A model generated the notes under the pieces. The model was not told the origin of the DNA. It made no database searches and saw only the letters and a program-made list of their open reading frames with translations. Below, piece after piece: positions 36,320 to 47,123 of a stretch of DNA of 64,000 nt; the stretch's first letter is position 1, and the number at the start of each line of letters is the position of its first letter. Location of the stretch: NCBI GenBank assembly GCA_902618245.1, contig CACMZR010000001.1, positions 213,507-277,506 on the forward strand, written 5' to 3'. Source of the DNA: an uncultured Bacteroidota bacterium. GTDB taxonomy: Bacteria; Bacteroidota; Bacteroidia; Flavobacteriales; Flavobacteriaceae. Both the position numbers and the translations under genes were made by a program.

Positions 36320-38599
36320 ATGTCAAATCAGCAACATAGAAGGGCTGCTCTAGTTTATCATGCTAAACCTAAACCAGGGAAAACAAAGGTTGTTCCGACA
36401 AAAAGTTATAATACTCAAAGAGACTTAGCATTGGCCTACTCTCCTGGAGTTGCTATTCCGTGTACTGAGATAGAAAGGCAAAAATCTGATGTATACAAGT
36501 ATACCAATAAAGGAAACTTGGTTGCTGTCATTACCAATGGTACCGCTGTTCTTGGACTAGGAGATATTGGTCCATGCGCCTCTAAACCTGTTATGGAGGG
36601 TAAAGCTTTACTTTTTAAAATTTTTGCTGGTATTGATGTTTTTGACATAGAATTAGACGCTAAAGATCCAGAAAAATTTATTGAAGCAGTTAAAGCCATT
36701 TCTCCAACATTTGGAGGAATAAATTTAGAAGATATTAGATCACCTGAAGCATTTGAAATTGAACGGAGGCTTAAGGAAGAACTTGATATTCCTGTTATGC
36801 ACGACGACCAACACGGAACTGCTATTATATCTGCTGCTGCTCTTTTAAATGCGCTAGAGCTTGCAGGTAAAAATATAGAAGAAGTGAAAATTGTTGTTTC
36901 TGGAGCAGGTGCTGCAGCTATAGCGTGTGCAAAACTATATGTTTCTTTTGGTGCAAGAACCAAAAATATTGTAATGTTGGATAGTAAAGGAGTGATTCAA
37001 AAAAATCGTGAGGACCTTACTCGAGAAAAAGCTCAATTTGCCACAAAACTTGGTCTAAAAACACTTGAAGAGGCTATTGTTGGTGCCGACGTTTTTATTG
37101 GTTTGTCACAACCTAACATCCTTAAGAAAAAGATGCTCGATAAGATGAGTATAAATCCAATTGTTTTTGCAATGGCTAATCCAGATCCAGAAATCGGATA
37201 TAATGATGCTTGTAATACACGTAATGACATTATTATGGCAACTGGTCGTTCAGACCACCCCAATCAGGTTAACAACGTGCTTGGTTTTCCTTTCATTTTT
37301 AGAGGTGCCTTAGATGTAAAAGCAACTTCAATAAATGAAGAAATGAAGATGGCGGCAGTAAAGGCGATTGCTGATCTTGCCAAAGAGTCTGTTCCAGAGC
37401 AAGTTAACATAGCTTATGATGAAACAAGATTGAGTTTTGGTAGAGACTATATTATACCAAAGCCTTTTGATCCCCGTTTAATTACAACTGTACCTCCTGC
37501 AGTTGCAAGAGCTGCGATGGAATCGGGTGTAGCTACAGAACCAATAGAAAACTGGGAACGTTACAGGGAAAACTTAGAACAACGTCTAGGCAACACTCAA
37601 AAAATGATTCGATTGCTTCACGACCGTGCTAAGTCAGCTCCTAAACGTTTGGTTTTCGCAGAAGCAGACCAAATGGATGTTCTTAAGGCTGCTCAAATTG
37701 TTTTTGAAGAATCTATTGCCATACCTATATTATTAGGAAATAGAAAAAAAATTAAAGAATTGTGTGATCTTATTGAATTTAATGCAGATGTTGAAGTAAT
37801 AGATCCCAAAGAAAACGAACAAAAGAAGATCAGAAATAAATACGCTGAGCTTTTTTGGCATTCACAAAAAAGAAAAGGTTACACTTTGTACGATGCACAA
37901 CGCCTTATGAGAGAGAGAAACTATTTTGCGTCTATGATGATAAAGAATGGAGATGCAGATGCAATGATTTCAGGTTATTCTAGAAACTACAGATCAGTTG
38001 TTAAGCCTATATTAGAGACTATCCCAAAAAATAAAGGAGTAAGTCGTGTAGCTGCTGCAAATTTGATGTTAACAAAATCGGGACCACTGTTTTTAACAGA
38101 TACAACAATTAACGTTGATCCTTCATCAAAAGAATTAGCAAAAATTGCTCAAATGACTGGACAAATGGCAAAAATTTTTGGATTAGAACCCGTGATTGGA
38201 ATGCTTTCCTTTTCGAATTTTGGATCTTCACGCTTTCCACAGGCAAAAAAAGTTTCCAAAGCAGTAACTATGCTTCACAGAAGTAATCCAGACTTAATTG
38301 TTGATGGACCTATACAATCTGATTTTGCTCTAAATAAGAAACTTTTACAAGACAGATTTCCATTTTCAAGTCTTACTAACAAAAAAGTAAATATTTTGGT
38401 TTTTCCAAATTTAGATGCGGCCAATATAACCTATAAGCTTATGAAAGAATTAAACGAAGCGCATTCGATAGGGCCAATTTTAATGGGTCTAAGTGAACCA
38501 ATTCATATTTTGCAATTAGGTGCTTCAGTATCTGAAATTGTTAATATGTCTGCTGTCGCTGTTGTGGATGCCCAAACAAAGAAAAAAATAGATAAATGA
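36320..38599 (+). CDS. maeB: NADP-dependent malic enzyme (malic enzyme domain plus phosphotransacetylase-like domain)
   Basis: 759 aa. Segments present are LALAYSPGVA, VITNGTAVLGLGDIGP, GINLEDI and VSGAGAAAIA, followed by a PTA-like C-terminal half. Confidence 0.93.
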   Translation: MSNQQHRRAALVYHAKPKPGKTKVVPTKSYNTQRDLALAYSPGVAIPCTEIERQKSDVYKYTNKGNLVAVITNGTAVLGLGDIGPCASKPVMEGKALLFKIFAGIDVFDIELDAKDPEKFIEAVKAISPTFGGINLEDIRSPEAFEIERRLKEELDIPVMHDDQHGTAIISAAALLNALELAGKNIEEVKIVVSGAGAAAIACAKLYVSFGARTKNIVMLDSKGVIQKNREDLTREKAQFATKLGLKTLEEAIVGADVFIGLSQPNILKKKMLDKMSINPIVFAMANPDPEIGYNDACNTRNDIIMATGRSDHPNQVNNVLGFPFIFRGALDVKATSINEEMKMAAVKAIADLAKESVPEQVNIAYDETRLSFGRDYIIPKPFDPRLITTVPPAVARAAMESGVATEPIENWERYRENLEQRLGNTQKMIRLLHDRAKSAPKRLVFAEADQMDVLKAAQIVFEESIAIPILLGNRKKIKELCDLIEFNADVEVIDPKENEQKKIRNKYAELFWHSQKRKGYTLYDAQRLMRERNYFASMMIKNGDADAMISGYSRNYRSVVKPILETIPKNKGVSRVAAANLMLTKSGPLFLTDTTINVDPSSKELAKIAQMTGQMAKIFGLEPVIGMLSFSNFGSSRFPQAKKVSKAVTMLHRSNPDLIVDGPIQSDFALNKKLLQDRFPFSSLTNKKVNILVFPNLDAANITYKLMKELNEAHSIGPILMGLSEPIHILQLGASVSEIVNMSAVAVVDAQTKKKIDK

Positions 38600-39177
38600 T
38601 TACTCAAATTATTGGCAGATTAGTTGAAAAAACTCCTACACAAGTTGTAATTGACTGTAACGGAGTAGGTTATGCAGTTAATATATCACTGTACACCTTT
38701 TCTCAAATTAATGATGGCGAAAATATTAAACTCTATACCCACCTACAAGTACGCGAAGACTCCCACACATTATTTGGTTTTAATACAACTATTGAAAGAT
38801 CAGTTTTTTTACTTTTAATTTCAGTTTCTGGAATTGGCTCTAGTACAGCAAGAATGATGTTGTCATCTCTCGAGCCTCTTCAAATCCAGCGTGCAATAAT
38901 TTCAGATGATTTAAATACTATAAAATCAGTTAAAGGTATAGGTTTAAAAACAGCTCAAAGAGTTTTAATTGAATTAAAAGATAAAATGTTAAACCTTCAA
39001 GTTGAGGGTGAAATTCAAAATTTTGGAAACAATACAATCAAAGATGAAGCGTTATCAGCATTAGAGGTTCTTGGTTACACAAGGAAGCAGTCTGAGCGCA
39101 TCTTAGATAGCATTATTCAGAGTGCTCCAGAAAGTTCTGTTGAAGAACTTATCAAGGAGGCTCTGAATAAATTGTGA
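38596..39177 (+). CDS. ruvA: Holliday junction DNA helicase subunit RuvA
   Basis: It starts MITQIIGRLVEK and carries VIDCNGVGY, FGF, LISVSGIGSSTAR and VKGIGLKTAQRV (HhH motifs). The start overlaps the maeB stop (ATGA). Confidence 0.93.
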   Translation: MITQIIGRLVEKTPTQVVIDCNGVGYAVNISLYTFSQINDGENIKLYTHLQVREDSHTLFGFNTTIERSVFLLLISVSGIGSSTARMMLSSLEPLQIQRAIISDDLNTIKSVKGIGLKTAQRVLIELKDKMLNLQVEGEIQNFGNNTIKDEALSALEVLGYTRKQSERILDSIIQSAPESSVEELIKEALNKL

Positions 39178-39181
39178 GTTT

Positions 39182-42100
39182 TTGATTGAAATATCTGAAA
39201 ATGTAGTTTTTAAACCATCCAAAAACTTCATCATCATTTTTATCTTGATGATGCTAGTTAGTAAAATTGTTTTTGGACAAAAAGCTCCTGAAATAGGTTC
39301 CATTATTGAACCAAAGTCAAGTAGTATTGAAACCTTATACACCTATGACCCTGAAAGTAATCTCTATATTCTAACTGAGGAAATAGGAGGCTATCCTATT
39401 AGCACCCCAATGGTAATGACTGTTGCTGAATATGAGTCATTTATTCTAAAAGAACAAATGAGTAAGTATTTTAGAGAAAAAATTCAAGCACTTAGTGGAT
39501 ACGGATCAGATATTGAAGATGCACAAAAAAATTTACTTCCAGAACTTTATGTAAATAATGAGTTTTTTGAATCAATTTTTGGGAGTAATACCATTGATAT
39601 TAAACCTCAAGGTTCGATAGGAGTGGATTTAGGATACCGATACCAAAGAAGTGATAATCCTATTGCGTCAGTAATTAACCGTAGATCACCGGGTTTCGAT
39701 TTTGACCAGAGAATAAGTTTAAGTTTATTAGGAAATATTGGTGAACGCCTTCAAATTACAGCTAATTATGATACCGAATCTACTTTTGATTTTCAAAACT
39801 TGGTAAAAATAGAATTTAACCCTCCCAAATTATCGGAATTAACAGAAATAATTCCAGGTAAATTAGGTTCAAATATTTCAACTATAAATGAAGCTGTTAA
39901 CGAGATAAGTCAAACAATTGGTGACACAGAAGAAACTATAAGTGAATCAGAAAATTCATTAAATAAAGTAAGACAAAAAATTGATAATCTTAAAAATAAT
40001 GTAAAACAGCTTCCTAACAATCCAGAGCTTGTAGGAAACAGGGTATCAGAATACTTAAGAGGTAAAATAACAGAAGATGCTATTATTCAAAATATAGATA
40101 TTGGGAATGTCAATATGCCAATAAATAGTAATCTAATACAAGGTGCACAAAGTTTATTTGGTGTACGTACAGATTTAAAATTTGGAAATACAACTATATC
40201 CGGAGTATTTTCAGAACAAAGATCTCAATCACAAAATATAGTTTCCCAAGGAGGAGGAAGATTACAAGAGTTCAACTTTTTTGCTTTAGACTACGAGGAA
40301 GATCGACATTTTTTCATTAGTCAATATTTTAGAGATAATTATGATCTATTTTTAGCTAATTATCCATACATTAATTCTCCAGTACAAATTACTCGTATAG
40401 AGGTTTGGGTTACAAATAGGGGGTATCAAACTCAAAATGTAAGAAACATAATAGCGCTTCAAGACTTGGGAGAACCTAACCCTGATAATACTAAATTAGA
40501 TGATAATTATCAGGGTTTTATAAATTCTTCAAATCCTTTTGCCCCGCCTGATAACAGTGTAAATAAACTTGATCCAGACGAAATTGGTTTTAGCAGTGTA
40601 CTCAACACAAAAATTAGGGACATTGCAACAGTTAACAATGCTTTTGAAAATATTAATGCAAATGAGGGATTTGATTATGCAGTATTAGAAAGTGCAAGAA
40701 AACTTAGTCCTCAAGAATATACATTCCACCCTCAATTAGGATATATATCTCTTAATCAGCGTCTAAGTAATGATGAAGTTTTAGGAGTTGCTTTTCAATT
40801 TACTCATTTGGGGAAGACATATCAGGTTGGAGAATTTGCTAATGGAGATATTCCAGGTACCTCAGTAATTCAACAAAATCAAAATTTTATTCAAGGGCAA
40901 GGTCAACAGGAACAAGTTCAAACAAATAGCTTAATTGTCAAAATGTTAAAAAGTAGTTTGACTGATGTTCGCCAGCCAGTTTGGGATTTGATGATGAAAA
41001 ATATTTATAATACAGGAGCATTTCAACTTTCCGAGGAGGATTTTCGATTAAATATTTTGTATAGTGATCCATCACCAATTAATTATTTAACTCCAGTTGA
41101 TAAATCCATATGGCCAGAAGATTTAGATAATGAAATATTATTAAACACATTGGAACTCGATAAACTAAATGCATATCAAGATTTAGTACCTAGTGGAGAC
41201 GGATTTTTTGATTTTCTTCCTGGTATTACTATTGAACCTCGTTTTGGAAGAATAATCTTTACTAAAGTTGAGCCATTTGGAGAATTTTTATTTGAGATTT
41301 TAGATAATCCAAGTTCAGCGAAAGAGAATTATGACATAAATAATACGTTTAATGCAAATCAAAAAAAATATGTTTTTAAGGAAATGTATACTCTTACAAA
41401 AGCAGCTGCTTTAGAATTTACCGAAAAAAATAAATTCCAACTCAAAGGAAGATATAAGTCTGAAGGAGGTGATGGTATAAATATAGGAGCTTTTAATATC
41501 CCAAGAGGTTCTGTTAGAGTTACAGCAGGAGGAAGAATTCTTCAGGAAGGATTGGATTATACAGTAAATTATGAAATAGGAAGGGTAAAAATATTAGATG
41601 AAGGTCTTAAAGCATCAAATATTCCAATCGATATTTCAGTTGAAAATAATTCGTTTTTTAATCAACAGAATAAAAGATTCTCTGGAATTAATTTGAAACA
41701 TCGACTAACTGATAATTTCTATGTTGGAGGAACACTTATAAATCTGAGTGAAAATCCTCTTACTCAAAAAGCAAATTATGGAACCGAACCAGTAAATAAT
41801 ACAATGAAAGGCTTAAATACAAATTTTTCTACTGAACTTCCCTTTTTAACTCGTTTGGTTAATAAGTGGCCAACTATAAGGACTAGTATTCCTTCTCAAA
41901 TTTCATTTAGAGGTGAAATTGCAAGCATTAATGCAAATGATCCTCGAAATACAAGATTAAATGGCGAGACAAACGTTTATATAGATGATTTTGAAGGGGC
42001 ACAAACAAATATTGATGTAAAAGGATTTAATGCATGGAACCTTTCTAGTGTCCCTATTAAAGGAGTTTTAGGATCATCGCTACAGGGACTCGAAAGTGGT

Positions 42101-45100
42101 TATGGAAGATCTAAACTAGCATGGTATTCTATTGATCAAATTTTTTATTCTAGGCAACCACCAGGAATAAATAATGATGATATATCGAGTAATGAAACTA
42201 GAAGTATATCAATAAATGAACTTTTTCCGGAGCAGGATTTGGTACAAGGAATGATTAGTAGACTACCAACTCTAGATTTGGCATTTTATCCAAAAGAAAA
42301 AGGGCCTTATAATAATGCAGAAGTATCACAATTTTTATTAGACCCAAAAAAAAACTGGGCTGGCATAACACGAACACTAAATGCAACAAATTTTGAACAG
42401 TCAAATGTTGAGTTTATCGAATTTTGGTTACTGGATACATTTTCAGATAACATTTCAGAAAATGATGAATTAGGGGAATTAGTATTTCACTTAGGCAATA
42501 TATCTGAAGATATACTTCGCGATGGTAGAAAACAATTTGAGAACGGACTTCCAAGTAATAGCGAAATTACACCTACATATGAAACTCCTTGGGGTAGAGT
42601 CCCTGCTACCCAATCTTTAGTATATGCTTTTAATTCAAATTCCGAGGATCGTCTTTTACAGGATGTTGGATTAGATGGTCTTAGTGATCAAGAGGAGTCT
42701 CAGGTTTTCACAAACGGTCCAGCAAACGATCCTGCAGGTGATAATTATGAATATTATCTACAAGCAGAAGGGAGTATACTTGAGCGATATAAAAATTATA
42801 ATGGATTTGAAAACAATACTCCAATTGAATTCAACGATAATGATCGAGGTAATACAACTGAGCCTGATACAGAAGATATAAATAGAGATCAAAGTATGAA
42901 CACAATTGATAGTTATTTTGAATATCATGTACCAATTTTTAAAACAATGCGGGTAGGAAATCATCCATTTATAACTGATGTAAGAGAGAATGTTGAGGTA
43001 AGAGCTCCAAATGGTGACGAGTATACAACTAGATGGATACAATTCAAAGTTCCTATTCAAAAGTCATATTATGAAAACACTTCTTTTAATTCATATTTTG
43101 GAGCGGTAAATGATATTAATGATTTGAGATCCATTAGATTTATGCGAATGCTATTAAGTGGTTTTAGCGAAGATATAGTATTTCGTTTTGGCACACTTGA
43201 CTTGGTAAGAGGAGATTGGAGACGCTATAACAAAGCTCTTAATGAAAACATAATAGCAAATGAAAATACTACGGTTGATATTAGTACAGTAAATATTTTG
43301 GAAAACGAAAATAGAATTCCAATAAATTATGTTTTGCCACCCGAAATTCAAAGAGAGCAGATAAATAATAATAATACTATAATTCGTCAAAACGAACAAT
43401 CTCTAGCGATGCGAATTTTTGATCTAAAGCCTATGGACTCAAGAGGAATTTTTAAAACAGTAGATCTTGACATGAGGCAATATAGTAAACTACGAATGTT
43501 TTTACATGCAGAGTCATTACCAGGTAATGAGCCTCTTCCAGGTTTAAAATCTGAAGATGAATACGATAAAAGAATAGTTGCATTCATTCGTTTAGGTACT
43601 GATTATCAAGATAATTTTTATCAAATTGAAATTCCTTTAAAGCCCTCTGATTATGATGAAAATGTTTCAAATAGTTTGACCTCAGAAGAAGTATGGATCC
43701 CGGATTCAAATTCAATTGAAATATCTATTGACTTACTTTCAAGGCTTAAAGCTAAAGCATTGCAAAAATTAGGATTAGGCGAAACATTATATTTCGATGA
43801 GGAGTTAAATGAAATTTTTGAATTCACACCTATAAGTTCTCTCCCAGGGCAAAAAAAATACAAACTTGCAATTAAAGGTAATCCATCACTTGGTAACATA
43901 AGGACATTAATGATAGGCTTAAAAAACCCTTCAAGTAAATTGGGAGATGACCTTTCTGGTGAAGTTTGGTTTAACGAGTTGCGTATTTCTGGAATAGACA
44001 ATCAAGAAGGGTGGGCAGCTATTGGTGCATTAGATGCCAACATAGCAGATTTTGCTAATTTTTCTGCTAATGGAAGATATTCATCGATAGGGTTTGGCAG
44101 TATAGACCAAACACCAAACCAAAGAACAAGAGAGGAACTTTTACAATACGATTTTATTTCTAATCTAAATTTAGGACTGCTGGCACCTCCAAAATGGGGA
44201 CTACAAATTCCATTAAGTTTTGCGAGTGGAGAAACTTTCATAACTCCCAAATATGATCCTTTTTATGAGGATTTGAAATTAGAAGATCGACTTGAAACAT
44301 CTGATCGAAGATCTCAAAGAGACTCAATTCGTAATCAGGCTATTGATTATACAAATAGAAAAAGTGTAAGCCTAATTGGAGTAAGAAAAAATACTTCAGG
44401 TAATGGTATTCAAAGATTTTATAGCCCAGAGAATTTTGATTTTTCGTATGCATACAACAAATTAGAGCATCGTGATTTTGAGATAGAAAAACAAGAAGAG
44501 ATTAATTTGTTGCTTGGAGCTAATTATGGACATTCATTTAATACAAAAACAATAGAACCTTTCAAAAAAGTAAAGTTTTTTAATAGGAAAAGATATTGGA
44601 GATGGCTTCAACAATTTAACTTTAATTTATTACCAAACTCTCTTGAAGGTTCGATAAATGTAAATCGAATTTTAAATAATCAAAAGTTTAGACAAGTTTA
44701 TTTAGAAGGTACTGATGCTTCACTTCAACGAAGTTTACCTAACCTTCAACAGAGAAATTTTTTGTTTGATTATAATTATTCATTAAGTCATAATATCACA
44801 CGTTCTCTTCGATTTAACTTTAATGCTGCAACAAGTAGTATAGTAAGGCAAAATGATCAAAATTTTCAGCAAGATAATAGTAATATTTTATTGAGAAACC
44901 TTTTAAATACAGGAGAACCAAACACTCATTTTCAATCCTTGGCTTTAAATTACAAATTTCCTTTTCAGAATATACCATTTTTGAGTTTTATAGATGCAGC
45001 ATATAGTTATGTGGGTAATTTTAATTGGCAGCGAGGATCGGAAGCATTAGCAGAAGTTACTAATGATGACGGCTTATCATTAGGAATTGTAAACACAATT

Positions 45101-46594
45101 CAAAATAATAATAAAAAGACATTAACTGGAGCAATTTCTTTTTCTAAACTTTACAGTGCACTTGGATTAAGACCCAATAGAAAAAGTTTACAAGAAATGA
45201 AACGTGAATTAAAAAATAATGATACAATTAAAAAAAATTCTACAATTCGAAAAAGTTTAATTAAAATAGTAGATGCACTATCTACAATAAAAAGAATTCA
45301 GTTTAATTATAATGAAAATAGTGGTACAGTTCTTCCTGGCTATCTTCCAAGTGTTGGTTTTGCCGGAGGTATGCAACCTACTCTAGGTTTTACGATAGGA
45401 AGTCAAGCTGATATTAGATATGAAGCAGCAAGAAAAGGATGGTTGACTGGATTTCCAAACTTTAATCAATTATTCACTCAACTCAGATCAAATAAATTTC
45501 TTGCAACTGCACAGATGGTCCCCTTTAAAGGTTTGATTATAGACCTTAATGCAGAAAGAGATTTTGCGGAAAATAAAATAGAAAACTTCAGTATAAACAA
45601 CTCACAATATTATCCACAAAACTCAAATATTTCAGGCAATTTTGGTATTTCTACTATAATGATTAAAACAGCATTTAATCGTTCAGATGGTCAAGGTAGT
45701 AGAACTTTTGATGAATTTAGAAAAAACAGAACAATTATAGCAAGACGTCTTTATGAAAATAGTAATATTTCAGAATTAACAAGTGTAATTGATGGATACC
45801 CGCTTGGTTATGGTAAAAACCAACAATCAGTTTTACTTCATTCTTTCATTGCTGCATATTCTGGTATTGATCCTTATAAAATAAATCTAAATCCAATAAA
45901 ACAAACACCAATGCCAAATTGGAATTTAAAATTAACAGCGCTATCAAAAATTAGGTCTTTTTCAAAAATTTTCAACCGTTTTTCTATTAATCATGCCTAT
46001 AGAGCTAGTTACACATTAAATAACTTTCAAACAAATTTTGATTATGATTCAACCGTTCCTTTTCAGACAGATAAATTAGGGAATTATATACCAGAGCGAT
46101 TATATTCTAATGTTAATTTAGTAGAACAATTTAATCCTCTAGCTAGGGTAGATATGGAATTTAAAAATTCAATAAAAATCTTAGCAGAATTTAGGAAAGA
46201 ACGTGCGATTTCTTTAAGTCTCGATAATAATCTAATTACTGAAACTCTTGGGGATGAGTACATAGTTGGGCTTGGATATAGAGTAAAAGATGTAAGATTT
46301 AGAACGAATATCAGTGGGAGAAGAGTGATTTTAAGTGGTGATTTAAATGTTAAAATTGATGTTTCATATCGTAATAACTTGACGTTACTTAAGAATCTTG
46401 AATATGATAATAATCAAGTAACAGCAGGACAAAAACTTATGGCGATAAAAGTAACTGCTGATTATGCACTTACAAAAAATCTTACAGCTTTATTTTTTTA
46501 TGATCATAATTTTTCTGAGTTTGCAATTTCAACTGCGTTCCCACAAACTAGCATTCGATCAGGATTTACAATTCGTTATAACTTTGGTAATTAA
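39182..46594 (+). CDS. sprA: SprA, the giant outer-membrane translocon of the type IX secretion / gliding system
   Basis: 2470 aa, beta-rich throughout and N/S/T/Y-rich, with a signal-like N-terminus. The size and the conserved ruvA-sprA adjacency match Flavobacteriia. The start (TTG at 39182) is uncertain. Confidence 0.85.
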   Translation: MIEISENVVFKPSKNFIIIFILMMLVSKIVFGQKAPEIGSIIEPKSSSIETLYTYDPESNLYILTEEIGGYPISTPMVMTVAEYESFILKEQMSKYFREKIQALSGYGSDIEDAQKNLLPELYVNNEFFESIFGSNTIDIKPQGSIGVDLGYRYQRSDNPIASVINRRSPGFDFDQRISLSLLGNIGERLQITANYDTESTFDFQNLVKIEFNPPKLSELTEIIPGKLGSNISTINEAVNEISQTIGDTEETISESENSLNKVRQKIDNLKNNVKQLPNNPELVGNRVSEYLRGKITEDAIIQNIDIGNVNMPINSNLIQGAQSLFGVRTDLKFGNTTISGVFSEQRSQSQNIVSQGGGRLQEFNFFALDYEEDRHFFISQYFRDNYDLFLANYPYINSPVQITRIEVWVTNRGYQTQNVRNIIALQDLGEPNPDNTKLDDNYQGFINSSNPFAPPDNSVNKLDPDEIGFSSVLNTKIRDIATVNNAFENINANEGFDYAVLESARKLSPQEYTFHPQLGYISLNQRLSNDEVLGVAFQFTHLGKTYQVGEFANGDIPGTSVIQQNQNFIQGQGQQEQVQTNSLIVKMLKSSLTDVRQPVWDLMMKNIYNTGAFQLSEEDFRLNILYSDPSPINYLTPVDKSIWPEDLDNEILLNTLELDKLNAYQDLVPSGDGFFDFLPGITIEPRFGRIIFTKVEPFGEFLFEILDNPSSAKENYDINNTFNANQKKYVFKEMYTLTKAAALEFTEKNKFQLKGRYKSEGGDGINIGAFNIPRGSVRVTAGGRILQEGLDYTVNYEIGRVKILDEGLKASNIPIDISVENNSFFNQQNKRFSGINLKHRLTDNFYVGGTLINLSENPLTQKANYGTEPVNNTMKGLNTNFSTELPFLTRLVNKWPTIRTSIPSQISFRGEIASINANDPRNTRLNGETNVYIDDFEGAQTNIDVKGFNAWNLSSVPIKGVLGSSLQGLESGYGRSKLAWYSIDQIFYSRQPPGINNDDISSNETRSISINELFPEQDLVQGMISRLPTLDLAFYPKEKGPYNNAEVSQFLLDPKKNWAGITRTLNATNFEQSNVEFIEFWLLDTFSDNISENDELGELVFHLGNISEDILRDGRKQFENGLPSNSEITPTYETPWGRVPATQSLVYAFNSNSEDRLLQDVGLDGLSDQEESQVFTNGPANDPAGDNYEYYLQAEGSILERYKNYNGFENNTPIEFNDNDRGNTTEPDTEDINRDQSMNTIDSYFEYHVPIFKTMRVGNHPFITDVRENVEVRAPNGDEYTTRWIQFKVPIQKSYYENTSFNSYFGAVNDINDLRSIRFMRMLLSGFSEDIVFRFGTLDLVRGDWRRYNKALNENIIANENTTVDISTVNILENENRIPINYVLPPEIQREQINNNNTIIRQNEQSLAMRIFDLKPMDSRGIFKTVDLDMRQYSKLRMFLHAESLPGNEPLPGLKSEDEYDKRIVAFIRLGTDYQDNFYQIEIPLKPSDYDENVSNSLTSEEVWIPDSNSIEISIDLLSRLKAKALQKLGLGETLYFDEELNEIFEFTPISSLPGQKKYKLAIKGNPSLGNIRTLMIGLKNPSSKLGDDLSGEVWFNELRISGIDNQEGWAAIGALDANIADFANFSANGRYSSIGFGSIDQTPNQRTREELLQYDFISNLNLGLLAPPKWGLQIPLSFASGETFITPKYDPFYEDLKLEDRLETSDRRSQRDSIRNQAIDYTNRKSVSLIGVRKNTSGNGIQRFYSPENFDFSYAYNKLEHRDFEIEKQEEINLLLGANYGHSFNTKTIEPFKKVKFFNRKRYWRWLQQFNFNLLPNSLEGSINVNRILNNQKFRQVYLEGTDASLQRSLPNLQQRNFLFDYNYSLSHNITRSLRFNFNAATSSIVRQNDQNFQQDNSNILLRNLLNTGEPNTHFQSLALNYKFPFQNIPFLSFIDAAYSYVGNFNWQRGSEALAEVTNDDGLSLGIVNTIQNNNKKTLTGAISFSKLYSALGLRPNRKSLQEMKRELKNNDTIKKNSTIRKSLIKIVDALSTIKRIQFNYNENSGTVLPGYLPSVGFAGGMQPTLGFTIGSQADIRYEAARKGWLTGFPNFNQLFTQLRSNKFLATAQMVPFKGLIIDLNAERDFAENKIENFSINNSQYYPQNSNISGNFGISTIMIKTAFNRSDGQGSRTFDEFRKNRTIIARRLYENSNISELTSVIDGYPLGYGKNQQSVLLHSFIAAYSGIDPYKINLNPIKQTPMPNWNLKLTALSKIRSFSKIFNRFSINHAYRASYTLNNFQTNFDYDSTVPFQTDKLGNYIPERLYSNVNLVEQFNPLARVDMEFKNSIKILAEFRKERAISLSLDNNLITETLGDEYIVGLGYRVKDVRFRTNISGRRVILSGDLNVKIDVSYRNNLTLLKNLEYDNNQVTAGQKLMAIKVTADYALTKNLTALFFYDHNFSEFAISTAFPQTSIRSGFTIRYNFGN

Positions 46595-46620
46595 AAGTAT
46601 TTTTGATATGGGAAATATTT

Positions 46621-46628
46621 TAAATTTG
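46621..46628 (+). promoter_or_regulatory. Candidate -7 box (TAAATTTG) 10 nt upstream of gcvH
   Basis: This is an exact TAnnTTTG match. A second match (TATTTTTG, 46598-46605) lies just upstream. Confidence 0.4.
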
Positions 46629-46638
46629 TAAAAAAAAA

Positions 46639-47022
46639 ATGAGTATTCCAACTAATTTAAAATACACTAAAGACCACGAGTGGATAAAATTTGATGGTGA
46701 AATTGCTACAGTAGGAATCACTGATTTTGCACAAGGTGAACTTGGTGATATAGTTTATGTTGAAATTGATACTTTAGATTCTCAACTTGCTGCCGAAGAA
46801 GTTTTTGGCTCTGTAGAAGCAGTAAAAACAGTTTCAGATTTATTTATGCCTGTTACAGGGGAAATAATTGAAGTTAATGAACTTTTAGAAGATACTCCTG
46901 AAATGGTTAATGAGGATCCCTACGGAAAAGGTTGGATGGTAAAAGTACGCTGTAGCGATTTGGATCAATCTAAAGACCTTTTAGATCACCAATCATACGA
47001 TACATTACTGAAAAAAGGATAA
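46639..47022 (+). CDS. gcvH: Glycine cleavage system H protein
   Basis: 127 aa. It carries YTKDHEWI, GITDFAQGELGDIV and the lipoyl-lysine motif VEAVKTVSD. Confidence 0.95.
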   Translation: MSIPTNLKYTKDHEWIKFDGEIATVGITDFAQGELGDIVYVEIDTLDSQLAAEEVFGSVEAVKTVSDLFMPVTGEIIEVNELLEDTPEMVNEDPYGKGWMVKVRCSDLDQSKDLLDHQSYDTLLKKG

Positions 47023-47123
47023 AATTAAAGACTTTGTTCAATATGTATACAAAACGGACTTATTATTAGTTAAGAAATAGTTATTTTTTGTATATTTTTT
47101 TTAGTTTAGCTTTCTAAATTTAT

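Noticed and set aside
36436-37263. Minus-strand ORFs of 175 aa and 76 aa inside maeB.
   Set aside because: These are shadow ORFs antisense to a well-conserved malic enzyme. Their A/S/P-rich composition mirrors the maeB codons.
42675-44250. Cluster of small ORFs on both strands inside sprA (42675-42881, 42758-43060, 43154-43399, 43387-43587, 43651-44001, 44002-44250).
   Set aside because: All are nested in the continuous 2470-codon sprA frame and have no recognisable motifs. Long AT-rich genes generate such shadow frames.
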